From NCBI GenBank assembly GCA_021735285.1, contig JAIPHI010000001.1:1-45300 (forward strand): a stretch of 45,300 nt of DNA, written 5' to 3'. This DNA comes from Fidelibacterota bacterium (GTDB lineage: Bacteria > Fidelibacterota > UBA2242 > JAFGTP01). Under the pieces are notes generated by a model. It had not been told where the DNA came from. It saw nothing but the letters and a program-made list of their open reading frames with translations, and did no database searches. Both the position numbers and the translations under genes were made by a program. Numbering within the stretch: the stretch's first letter is position 1; every line of letters begins with the position of its first letter. This document shows positions 8,941 to 18,078 of the stretch, piece after piece.

Positions 8941-9873
8941 TTAATTTGGTTGCTGATCAAAATAACGCGCCACATTAAGAACATCAGCAACATAACGAGA
9001 GCTATTATTATATCTTCTTAAGGCCCGTTTTTGCGCATAAATGTGAGGTGACCAGCCATGATTTTGGAGGAAGTTGCCTACACTCAAAATGGCATCAGGA
9101 AAAGTAAACAGATCAATCTTTCCATTCTTATCCCCGTCAACCGCATATTTGGCATAACTGGAAGGTAAAAATTGCGGATATCCAAATGCACCGGCATAAG
9201 AACCGGTTAGACTTCGTGCTTCTATTTGACCTTTTCTGGCTAGTTTTAAGAGAATTGCCAATTCTTTTCTGGCTCGATTAGCTTTTCTTTTTGCATAGTT
9301 TGTATAGTACTCTTTAATATATTCTCTTTTATGATTTGGCATGTAGTGATATTTTTGTTCTACATGCTTTTTTAGTTCTTCTAAGGCAAATTCCTGATCT
9401 GCCATTGCTAGCGAGATGAGAATATTTAGAGTTGAATGTTTACCGGACTGACTACCGAACTTGGTTTCTACATAAAGTACAGCACAGATTGACTCTTTAT
9501 CAACACCGTACATGTTCCATGCCTTCTCAAAGTATTCGGAATACTCGTTTATAAAATGATGTAAATTGTATTTATGAAACTTTGTCTCAGTCCTTTTCGT
9601 TGTTTCTACTGAAGAGTAAGAAGGTAGTTTGTGTTTGTTAATAAGCACGTTTGGATAGTATTCAATGCGCGTATCACTGAACAAAGTATCCAAATAGGAT
9701 GCCGATAAGCCTTCTTTTACAAGATAGTGCTTGAGGGGCTGAAATGTTTTATTTTGAGTAATTGCCGCAGGGCTCTTATTTTGAGAAGTATGATTTCTTA
9801 TCGGTATTAAAAGAGTTATTGTAAAAATAATACCGGTAATTATTGATATTGTTATTTTATTTTTTAATTTCAT
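8941..9873 (-). CDS. Lytic murein transglycosylase (MltB/SLT_2 type)
   Basis: N-terminal signal anchor. The motif SYAGAFGYPQFLPSSYAKYAVDGDKNGKIDLF matches the MltB-family signature (AGAMG..QFMPSS...YAVD.DGDG..D). Confidence 0.8.
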   Translation of the reverse strand: MKLKNKITISIITGIIFTITLLIPIRNHTSQNKSPAAITQNKTFQPLKHYLVKEGLSASYLDTLFSDTRIEYYPNVLINKHKLPSYSSVETTKRTETKFHKYNLHHFINEYSEYFEKAWNMYGVDKESICAVLYVETKFGSQSGKHSTLNILISLAMADQEFALEELKKHVEQKYHYMPNHKREYIKEYYTNYAKRKANRARKELAILLKLARKGQIEARSLTGSYAGAFGYPQFLPSSYAKYAVDGDKNGKIDLFTFPDAILSVGNFLQNHGWSPHIYAQKRALRRYNNSSRYVADVLNVARYFDQQPN

Positions 9874-10147
9874 ATTCGAATTTAATTTAAACCTTAAATT
9901 TGATTAACTAAAGAATAGATAAATATATTGATATGTTTTTATAATATAAGTGCCGAAAGTCACATTGTCAATTAATGCCTGGGATTTTAACGAAATAAAA
10001 TATCTTTGTCAAGTAAATTATCCTTTCTTTTATAATTCTTAACACATTTTATTAACGTTTTGCTTATAATCTATTTAGAAGCTGGCATAAATAAAGAAAT
10101 ATATTTTATAAATTTATTTGTTTTTTTTGATCTGATTGGATAATTCT

Positions 10148-10426
10148 TCATGATTTTTGTCGAGCATATTTAAAATGTTCATAAATTTCTAAAAAATCAT
10201 TATGCCGTTTATGTAATTTATAATCATTATTGATCTTTTCTTCTTCAGCTTCCAACATAATTAGGCTGTAAGATTCTTTAATTTTGATAAATGTTTTCTT
10301 TAGTTTTGATGAAATGGATTTTAGTTCATCGTCCATTTTTATGGCCCCCTTTTTATACAATATTAAAAATTCATTAAAAAGGGAATCTACCTCATTCCAT
10401 TTCTTCTTAATTTCTTGATGATCCAT
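10148..10426 (-). CDS. Hypothetical small helical protein (92 aa)
   Basis: ATG-initiated ORF in an otherwise empty interval. Charged, helical-looking composition with no recognisable motif. Confidence 0.4.
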   Translation of the reverse strand: MDHQEIKKKWNEVDSLFNEFLILYKKGAIKMDDELKSISSKLKKTFIKIKESYSLIMLEAEEEKINNDYKLHKRHNDFLEIYEHFKYARQKS

Positions 10427-10592
10427 TATATTATTCCTTATCTCTTAAAATTAAATTTGTTACAAAATCAGTTCATTTATAATTGAATACATTTGTTTAG
10501 AGTGAATATTAAGTTGTAGGTTACAATTCAACTTTATGAATTATTACTCTTTAACATTAAATTTGTAGAATAAAAAGTGTAAATGAGGTATA

Positions 10593-11375
10593 GTGAACAA
10601 AAAAGATTTATCAATCGGATTTTTTGATTCGGGCCTGGGTGGTTTGAGTGTTCTCCAGGATGCTATCAAAATATTGCCTCATGAAAATTATATATATTTC
10701 GGTGATTCCATCAATGCTCCTTATGGGGATAAATCTTTCAGTCAGGTGTGGGAATTAACATATAAAAATGTCCAATTCTTACAGAATCAAGGTGTCAAAG
10801 CAATTGTGATTGCATGTAATACTGCAACCAGTGTGGCTATTAATAAATTAAGAAGTAGATTCGATATTCCAATTATTGGCATGGAACCAGCCATCAAACC
10901 TGCTGCAAACATTAAAAATGAGGACGGAAAAATATTGCTTTTAGCCACAAAAATGACTTTGCAGGAAAATAAGTTGAAGGATTTGGTGGGAGATTTAGAT
11001 CTGCATGACCACTTAATTAAAGTGGCAGCTTCAGAGATGGTGATTTTGATAGAAAGCGGCAATTTTACCATTACCCAAGCCAGGCGGGTTGTTGAAAAAT
11101 ATTTAGCTGGTTATGATTTTTCAAAAATAGATTGTATTGTTTTGGGGTGCACTCACTTTGTGTTTTATAAACAGATAATTGCCGAAGTAGTAAACCACAG
11201 AAGCAAAATCATAGATGGTAATTGGGGCACTGTTAAAAATTTGAAGAGTAGATTGCAAAATTTAGACCTGCTCAAGAAGGAAAGTAACCAAACTCAAAAA
11301 ATAAAGTTTTACAATTCTGATAAAAATATTAGTGAAGAGCAATGTAGGAAGATCCTTAAAAATAGTGAATTCTAA
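10593..11375 (+). CDS. murI: Glutamate racemase
   Basis: GFFDSGLGGLSVL and the two catalytic Cys motifs IACNTAT and LGCTHF. GTG start with GAGG 4 nt upstream. Confidence 0.9.
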   Translation: MNKKDLSIGFFDSGLGGLSVLQDAIKILPHENYIYFGDSINAPYGDKSFSQVWELTYKNVQFLQNQGVKAIVIACNTATSVAINKLRSRFDIPIIGMEPAIKPAANIKNEDGKILLLATKMTLQENKLKDLVGDLDLHDHLIKVAASEMVILIESGNFTITQARRVVEKYLAGYDFSKIDCIVLGCTHFVFYKQIIAEVVNHRSKIIDGNWGTVKNLKSRLQNLDLLKKESNQTQKIKFYNSDKNISEEQCRKILKNSEF

Positions 11376-11390
11376 AAAATAGAGGTTAGA

Positions 11391-12020
11391 ATGATAAATT
11401 ATATATGGTTTGGAATGATTGTAATCTCTGTAATAGTTGGAGCCATTACCGGTAATTTAGAAGCTGTTACCAATGCAGCAGTGAAAAGTGCAGGCACCGC
11501 TGTGGAAATCGCTATCGGTCTGATCGGTATTATGGCTCTTTGGCTGGGCATCATGAATATTGCTAAAAAAAGTGGTTTAATTAAGTTGCTATCCAGAGCA
11601 ATCAAACCGCTTTCAAAATTGCTGTTTCCTAATATTCCGGAAGATCATGATGCAATCGGCTCTATTTTAATGAATATATCCGCTAATTGGCTGGGTCTCG
11701 GCAATGCGGCTACCCCCCTTGGCTTGAAAGCTATGCAAGAACTTGATGAACTCAATCCATCTCAAGATACTGCTTCCAATGCGATGGTTACTTTTTTGGC
11801 TATAAATACTGCCAGTATAACCTTTATTCCAATGACGATTATAGGGATTAGAACAGAACTGGGAGCCACAAATCCATTTGAGATTATAAGTACCAGTATT
11901 TTTGCTTCCGGTTGTGCCTGTATTTCAGCTGTATTTGCTGCTAAACTTTTACAAAGACTGCCAGCTTTCAGAAAAAACGATCCAGATGCGTTTATAGAAA
12001 AGGAAGTGAAGAATGACTGA
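11391..12020 (+). CDS. Nucleoside-recognition (Gate) domain membrane protein, SpmA-like
   Basis: A 209-aa polytopic protein whose N-terminus MINYIWFGMI..., length and pairing with an overlapping partner gene are typical of SpmA/SpmB pairs. Confidence 0.7.
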   Translation: MINYIWFGMIVISVIVGAITGNLEAVTNAAVKSAGTAVEIAIGLIGIMALWLGIMNIAKKSGLIKLLSRAIKPLSKLLFPNIPEDHDAIGSILMNISANWLGLGNAATPLGLKAMQELDELNPSQDTASNAMVTFLAINTASITFIPMTIIGIRTELGATNPFEIISTSIFASGCACISAVFAAKLLQRLPAFRKNDPDAFIEKEVKND

Positions 12021-12621
12021 TACTTTGACAACAGTAGCCGATACTGTTCAGGCAGCAGCCAGTTCAGGTTCCTCAGGAGCCCCCCTATTCATTACGATTA
12101 TGAAGGGCGTTTCCCTGTATGCTATTCCGATGGTACTCTTGTTAGTGCCGGTTATAGGGATTATTAAAAAGGTCAAAGTCTATGAAGTCTTTACAGAAGG
12201 TGCAAAGGACGGATTTAAAACTGCTATCAAAATTATTCCCTATCTGGTGGCCATGTTAGTTGCTATCGGAATGTTTAGGGCGTCAGGTGCAATGGATTTT
12301 CTGGTTTCTCTCCTTTCACCCCTGACAAATGCGATTGGTATGCCTGCCGAAGTGCTTCCAGCTGCTTTGATGCGCCCCCTATCAGGAAGCGGGACGCTGG
12401 GGATTGTTACTGATCTGATCAAACAGCATGGTGCTGACTCGTTAATTGGCAGAATTGCTTCAACAATGTTTGGTTCTACGGAAACAACTTTTTATGTTTT
12501 AGCTGTATATTTCGGGTCGGTAGGGATCAGTAAGTCCCGGCATGCAGTGCTTGCCGGTTTAATTGGTGATGTAGTAGGACTGCTTGCTGCTGTTTTTATT
12601 TGCCGCTTCGTTTTTCTTTAA
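12013..12621 (+). CDS. Nucleoside-recognition (Gate) domain membrane protein, SpmB-like
   Basis: A 202-aa polytopic protein overlapping the upstream gene by 8 nt. LRPLSGSGTLGI and FGSTETTFYV segments are typical of SpmB. Confidence 0.7.
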   Translation: MTDTLTTVADTVQAAASSGSSGAPLFITIMKGVSLYAIPMVLLLVPVIGIIKKVKVYEVFTEGAKDGFKTAIKIIPYLVAMLVAIGMFRASGAMDFLVSLLSPLTNAIGMPAEVLPAALMRPLSGSGTLGIVTDLIKQHGADSLIGRIASTMFGSTETTFYVLAVYFGSVGISKSRHAVLAGLIGDVVGLLAAVFICRFVFL

Positions 12622-12969
12622 TAGAATGTATCTAACTATTTGACATTCATATTTCAAAGTGCTTATAATAAAGAGTTGTTCTGACTTTAGAAATTATATT
12701 TAAGCTTTGAAAAAGTTGGAATCGATCACCAGACTTTTTTCTCATCAGTGTAATGCTCGTCATGTGAAGTTTAGTTTTTTGGTTTAATATTGATAGTCTT
12801 GTAAAAAGTTGCTTTAAAAAAGGATTAATCAATTGTTTAATGTTGTTCTAAATTCAAAGCTCCTGATCCTGTAGAAAATAGAAAGAGACCAAATTTGAAC
12901 CTTGAGATCAATGGAAACGGGAAACATTCTGAATTGAGAATTAATAATTTTGAATTATGGATCGGTTGA

Positions 12970-13037
12970 GTGGGAATGTTGTATAGTGGCAAAGTGGTAA
13001 AGTGGTATAGTGGCAAAGTGGTAAAGTGGTAGAGTAG
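12970..13037 (+). repeat. Phased octamer array: GTGG every 8 nt (perfect 24-bp unit x2 plus partial units)
   Basis: GTATAGTGGCAAAGTGGTAAAGTG occurs at 12981-13004 and identically at 13005-13028. GTGG starts at 12986, 12994, 13002, 13010, 13018 and 13026, with degenerate in-phase units at 12970 and 12978. Confidence 0.9.
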
Positions 13038-13148
13038 ACGTAAAAGAATATTCCTTGCTTCCGATCTATTAGAATGAGCCAATATAATAAAATTAAAAAA
13101 CTACAAAATCAGAGGACAAAATGGATAGCTTACCCTAGAAACAAAAGA

Positions 13149-13172
13149 CCACTTCGCCACATCACCACTTTG
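13149..13172 (-). repeat. Inverted partner array: CCAC every 8 nt (x3)
   Basis: CCACTTCG CCACATCA CCACTTTG, with CCAC at 13149, 13157 and 13165. This is the reverse-complement motif of the upstream array and is separated from it by a 115-bp AT-rich spacer. Confidence 0.8.
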
Positions 13173-13442
13173 CAACTCGACTAAATACGGTTTCCAAAAT
13201 TGTAGTATTCCTGTCTCTTTTTAGAATCTGCTTGTTATTTATAAGTCAGGTTATATTTTCAATTATAGTATTGTCTTTATTTGGATTAAACAATATTAAG
13301 AAAATTACGAGTTAGGGAGTTCTGAAATTGGGCTATGATAAGATCTTGATAATAAGTAGTTTTGCATCGTTTATACATTGTGATCTATACTTTTTACGAG
13401 GCCATCAGTCTAATTTATTTAGAAAATAACTAGGACTAACAT

Positions 13443-15104
13443 ATGTTTAATAGCTGGTTTCATATTCGGTTTTTAGCTAAATATTTCGACAAAAACCTAA
13501 AGGGCATTGTTTTTGAAAAACCTTTCACCTATAAAAAGCAGGAATTGGATATTCCATTCCTGGAGAATATAAACTTTCGCAGCTTTAGATTTACCACCCG
13601 CTCACCTTTACCAATGTTCACTCTGGAACAAAACCGACCTAAGCCCAACCAAAAAGTTGATGTCTTTAGTGACATCGAAGGTTTGCGATTGGAAGGGGTG
13701 AAATGGCATTATGATGATAGATTCATGCTATTCTATTTATCATCGGGTGAATATTTGCTCTTCCAAATTTTTGGACCCAATGGTAATGTTTATTATCTGG
13801 ATGAGAATTATGAATTTAAAAGCCGCTTTGTTGAGAAAGGAAGAAAAGTTATACCTGAGATCTCCAGTTTTACCAATAGTCAAAAATTAATGCTAAACAA
13901 AAAAGATTATCAGAGTATAATTAACTCAAATACTGATAAATCTGTTACTAATCTGATCAAAAGTAAATTTCCCTTCTCAATTTACCAAAATGAATTAATC
14001 GATGAAATTTGTTATAGAGCTGCTATCGAAGCCAGGGAATTGGTAGCCAATCTGAGCCAGCTGAAAAGAGAGGAACTATACTCAGTTTTTCAAGAAATAC
14101 TGACAGAAATTGCAAATCAGAATTATAGAATATTTGATTGTGAGCCTCCAATATTTGCTTTTTTTAAACTAACATCTATTGATGCTCAGGCAGAAAAATA
14201 TAGTGATATAATTCGAGCCACTGAGCAGTTCATCCGTTATTATTTTGGGTGGTATAATTTTTCCGAGAGAAAGAAAGATTTAAAAAGCAAACTGGAAAAA
14301 TATCAAAATCTTCTGGGAAGGAAAATTTTCAAACAGGAAGAAAGTCTGGAAAATTTCCCCACTTCACTGGAATATAGAAAAAAAGCCGATACATTATTGG
14401 CCAATAAACATAATTTAGATGATCACATCAAACAGGTTGTTCTACCTGATGTGCATAATCCTTCGGAGAATTTAAATATTGATTTAGATCCCGAATTAAC
14501 AATTGCAGCAAATGCTAATAAATTATATGAAAAATCAAAACGGGTAGATAGTTCGAAGGAGGAGCTAAAAAAAGAGTATGAAGAAAATAAAAAAACACTA
14601 AGCAAGGTCAAAAATTATTTAGAGCAAATTGATGAGGTTGATACCAGGGAAAAGCTAAAAAAGATGCGAAAAACCATTCCTGAAAGATATCTGGCTACTA
14701 TAAGTGAGCAAGGGGAGGAGAAAAGCAGGCCTTATCGATATTTCACTTTCAAAGGTTGGGAAGTTCTGGTAGGCAAGAGTGCCAGGAAAAATGATGAATT
14801 GACCTTTCAAGTCGCTAATAAAAATGATTTCTGGCTCCATGCTCAGAAGATGACAGGTTCGCACGTCATAGTCCGCAATCCCGAAAAAAAAGAGAGTTTG
14901 CCAGAACCTGTATTGCGCCGAGCAGCTGGTATTGCAGCTCATTTTAGCAAAGGTAAACATGCACGGGCTGTGCCTGTTGTATATACAAAAAAGAAATATG
15001 TCTGGACAAGTAAAAAACTGCCTCCGGGTAAAGTAAGATTCCAATATGAAAGTATGATAGTAGCCCGGCCTTTCAATCCGGCTGCACAAAGTCCTAATTT
15101 TTAG
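13443..15104 (+). CDS. rqcH: NFACT-family ribosome quality control protein (RqcH / FbpA-like)
   Basis: 553 aa with a central charged coiled-coil region. The C-terminal NFACT-R/DUF814 signature is WEVLVGKSARKNDELTF...FWLHAQKMTGSHVIVRN. Ends in TAG. Confidence 0.8.
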   Translation: MFNSWFHIRFLAKYFDKNLKGIVFEKPFTYKKQELDIPFLENINFRSFRFTTRSPLPMFTLEQNRPKPNQKVDVFSDIEGLRLEGVKWHYDDRFMLFYLSSGEYLLFQIFGPNGNVYYLDENYEFKSRFVEKGRKVIPEISSFTNSQKLMLNKKDYQSIINSNTDKSVTNLIKSKFPFSIYQNELIDEICYRAAIEARELVANLSQLKREELYSVFQEILTEIANQNYRIFDCEPPIFAFFKLTSIDAQAEKYSDIIRATEQFIRYYFGWYNFSERKKDLKSKLEKYQNLLGRKIFKQEESLENFPTSLEYRKKADTLLANKHNLDDHIKQVVLPDVHNPSENLNIDLDPELTIAANANKLYEKSKRVDSSKEELKKEYEENKKTLSKVKNYLEQIDEVDTREKLKKMRKTIPERYLATISEQGEEKSRPYRYFTFKGWEVLVGKSARKNDELTFQVANKNDFWLHAQKMTGSHVIVRNPEKKESLPEPVLRRAAGIAAHFSKGKHARAVPVVYTKKKYVWTSKKLPPGKVRFQYESMIVARPFNPAAQSPNF

Positions 15105-15131
15105 TCAGACTTTGATCATGCAGAGACAAAT

Positions 15132-15163
15132 TCAAGGGCATTAAATATCAAGGGCATTAAATA
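15132..15163. repeat. Perfect 16-bp tandem direct repeat (TCAAGGGCATTAAATA x2)
   Basis: 15132-15147 and 15148-15163 are identical, and a third AAGGGC occurs at ~15182. The repeat lies in the rqcH/S9 intergenic region, ~105 nt upstream of ATG 15270. Confidence 0.9.
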
Positions 15164-15269
15164 TTAAGCAATATAAAAAGTAAGGGCTTATGATAAAAAT
15201 ATGAGTATCATATTTTGGTTTTTATTCTCATAATTATTAATATAACTGGCAATAAAAAGGAGGTTCTAT

Positions 15270-17870
15270 ATGTCAGGTAATAAAACAATCTTGAAGGATA
15301 TTTGTGTAATATTATTAGCAATTTTGATCACGAATACTTTGTCTGCAAAAAATAGTATAATGCTTGAAAATTGGTTGAAAGCCGGTCCCTTGGAGATTAA
15401 GGAGCCTGTATTTAGTGATGAGACTGATTTGCGAGGAAATGTTTGGGATCTAGCTGATATGCTAGAATTCGATTATCTTGATATTCAAAACATTGAACCG
15501 GATCCGAATTCAAAGATAAATTGGTTTAATAATCAGCCCGTTAACTGGAAGATAACAACAGCCAATCCGGATGGTATAATTCAACTCTCATCCAACTCAA
15601 GTAATAGATCCGAGGTCACTTATCTTATTAATTATCTTCAATCCGAGCGCTGGATAAAAGGAGATTTATCTATTAAATCAAAATTGCCGGTAAAAGTATG
15701 GGTTGACGATCAAGAAGTGATAAAGAAAGATTCACTTGATACCAGAAGTAGTGCAAAAGCAGAGGCAAAGACAAGTGTTAAATTGGAGAAGGGCATCCAT
15801 AAAGTAGTGATAAAATTATGTAAACCTGGAAATTATCGGGAGGATGTACAATTTACAGCTTCTTTGGAGATGGATGATAAATATCAAGTATCTATCAATA
15901 CTTTCGTGGAACCATTTGAATATATGGATATCGAGCATCTATTGTATGTACCAAAAGTTGAAAAAGTCGCTATTTCCGCTGAGGGGAATTTATTTGCAGT
16001 GCAGAAAAAACATATTAAAAATTCGGGCAATACTGAAAGTTGGATAGAGATTCGAAACTATGCTGATGGTTCATTGATGCAAACCTATCGAGGTGGGATG
16101 AACCTGAAAAATTTTAAATGGGCTCCTCAAGGAGATAAATTTGCTTACACTACAAAGGAAGATGAAAAAAGCAGTATTTGGCAATACAATATAGAATCCG
16201 GGAAAACAACTAGGATAGTTGAAGATATTGAAAAACTTGATAGTTACCAATGGACTAAAGATGGTGAAAATTTGATCTATAGTGTCAAGTTTAAGCATCC
16301 GGAGGAAAAAACAGGGGTTAGAAGGGTGAAAAGTCTGGAAGATAGACAACCTGCTAATAGATATGATCATTACCTTTATAGAGTTAATATAAAGAAAGGT
16401 TATAAACAAAGATTGACTGCAGGGAAATTGTCAACAAAATTGGATGCTTTAAGCCCGGATGGGGAAAAATTAATTTTTAGCAGGCATCATATCGATTATG
16501 ACAAACGGCCTTTTAGTTATAACACACATTATGTTTTGAATCTGAAGGATTTAACTATCGATTCACTATTTACTACCCGCTGGATGAATACAATCCAATG
16601 GTCGCCTGAGGGTGATAAATTATTAATCACAGGTGGGCCATCGATGTTTAATAGAGCGGGTGTCAATCTACCTAAAGGAGAAGTCCCTAATGAATATGAT
16701 ACTCAGGCTTATATTTATGATCTAAGTAGTTCAAAAGTGAAACCTATCTCACTCTCCTTTGCACCTTCGATTAATAAAGGTCAGTGGATTGAGAATGACA
16801 AAATAATTTTTCTTGCGCTCGACCGCTCTCAGGTAAATCTTTTTGAATATAATGTTTCGAAAAATACATATGTAGGTATTGAGTCGAATATCGAATCAAT
16901 CGAGGATTTGGACTTTGCACAACAAAACAACAATAATGGAATTTATTATGGTACCAGCGCCAATTCACCAATTAAGATCAATAAATTAAAATTTGGCTGG
17001 CGAGGCGCGAACGAACTATTGCTCGATCCTATGCAGAAGTATTACAAGAATGTTGAGCTTAGTCGGATAAAGAGGTGGACCTTTAACAATAAAGATGGCA
17101 TCGAAATTGAAGGACGTGTATATTATCCGCCTGAATTTGACAGGACTAAAAAATATCCATGTATTGTTTACTATTATGGAGGGACAAGTCCGGTTTCCAG
17201 AAGTTTTGACGGGCGCTATCCAAAAAATTATTGGGCGGCTAACGGCTATATAGTATATGTGATGCAACCCAGTGGGGCTACTGGTTTTGGCCAGGAATTT
17301 TCCGCCAAACATGTTAATGAATGGGGCTCGATTGTTCCCGAAGAGATCATCAGGGGCGTGCAAAAATTCATTGATGGTCACCCTTTTGTTGATAAAAACA
17401 AATTAGGTTGTATAGGTGCTTCTTATGGTGGCTTTACTACAGAAGAGTTGATCACCCGCACAGATATGTTTTCTGCTGCTGTCTCGCATGCTGGCATAAG
17501 TTCAATTCCCGGATATTGGGGTGAAGGTTACTGGGGCTATGAATATGGTGCTGTTGCGAATGCTACCAAATATCCCTGGAGAGACACTGACTTTTTTATT
17601 GATAATAGCGCCTATTTTGATGCCGAAAAAATCGAAACGCCCCTTTTATTAACCCATGGTACTGATGATCATAATGTTCCTCCCGGTCAGAGTATTCAGC
17701 TTTATACAGCTTTAAAAATTTTAGGTAAAGAGGTAGAATTAATTGAATGTACCGATCAAAGACATTGGATTATGGAACCCAAGCAGCGCGAAAAATGGAC
17801 CAAGTCGATTGTGGCCTGGTTTGATAAATGGTTGAAAGCCCAACCTGAATGGTGGAATGATCTTTATTAA
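15270..17870 (+). CDS. S9 family serine peptidase with an N-terminal extra domain and a TolB-like propeller
   Basis: An AAGGAGG RBS and a signal-like N-terminus. The catalytic motif GASYGGF is followed by HGTDDHNVP (Asp) and a C-terminal His (DQRHW) in alpha/beta-hydrolase order. Confidence 0.85.
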   Translation: MSGNKTILKDICVILLAILITNTLSAKNSIMLENWLKAGPLEIKEPVFSDETDLRGNVWDLADMLEFDYLDIQNIEPDPNSKINWFNNQPVNWKITTANPDGIIQLSSNSSNRSEVTYLINYLQSERWIKGDLSIKSKLPVKVWVDDQEVIKKDSLDTRSSAKAEAKTSVKLEKGIHKVVIKLCKPGNYREDVQFTASLEMDDKYQVSINTFVEPFEYMDIEHLLYVPKVEKVAISAEGNLFAVQKKHIKNSGNTESWIEIRNYADGSLMQTYRGGMNLKNFKWAPQGDKFAYTTKEDEKSSIWQYNIESGKTTRIVEDIEKLDSYQWTKDGENLIYSVKFKHPEEKTGVRRVKSLEDRQPANRYDHYLYRVNIKKGYKQRLTAGKLSTKLDALSPDGEKLIFSRHHIDYDKRPFSYNTHYVLNLKDLTIDSLFTTRWMNTIQWSPEGDKLLITGGPSMFNRAGVNLPKGEVPNEYDTQAYIYDLSSSKVKPISLSFAPSINKGQWIENDKIIFLALDRSQVNLFEYNVSKNTYVGIESNIESIEDLDFAQQNNNNGIYYGTSANSPIKINKLKFGWRGANELLLDPMQKYYKNVELSRIKRWTFNNKDGIEIEGRVYYPPEFDRTKKYPCIVYYYGGTSPVSRSFDGRYPKNYWAANGYIVYVMQPSGATGFGQEFSAKHVNEWGSIVPEEIIRGVQKFIDGHPFVDKNKLGCIGASYGGFTTEELITRTDMFSAAVSHAGISSIPGYWGEGYWGYEYGAVANATKYPWRDTDFFIDNSAYFDAEKIETPLLLTHGTDDHNVPPGQSIQLYTALKILGKEVELIECTDQRHWIMEPKQREKWTKSIVAWFDKWLKAQPEWWNDLY

Positions 17871-18078
17871 TAGTCGATTTTACCATTTATCTATCAATGA
17901 TTTCTCAGGAACATTGATCTGTCATATAAATAACTAACAATATAGATTATAAAAATCATAGGATTGCCATTATTTGTTAATTGGCACGCAAGGTAAAGTT
18001 TTGAAATTTTTCTTGTTCAAAGCTAATTATTAAGATAAATTAGTCAGTTCTAATACAGGAGGAATATTAAAGAAGTCT

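Noticed and set aside
12837-13082. An 81-aa minus-strand ORF containing LPLYHFTT repeats, plus the neighbouring 61-aa ORF at 12647..12832.
   Set aside because: The repeat peptide is simply the translation of the 24-bp tandem DNA repeat. Neither ORF has an RBS or a protein-like composition.
12970-13172. The phased GTGG/CCAC arrays as the chromosomal origin (oriC) with DnaA boxes.
   Set aside because: The best match of the units to the reverse complement of TTATCCACA is about 6/9. No dnaA or dnaN is nearby, and there is no switch in gene orientation around the site. It is kept only as an unexplained protein-binding-like array.
17871-18078. A lysine riboswitch upstream of lysA, and a sigma-54 promoter suggested by TGGCAC at 17982-17987.
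   Set aside because: No L-box-like conserved helices or motifs are seen. The TGGCAC is followed after 5 nt by GTAAA rather than TTGC, so the -12 element is missing.
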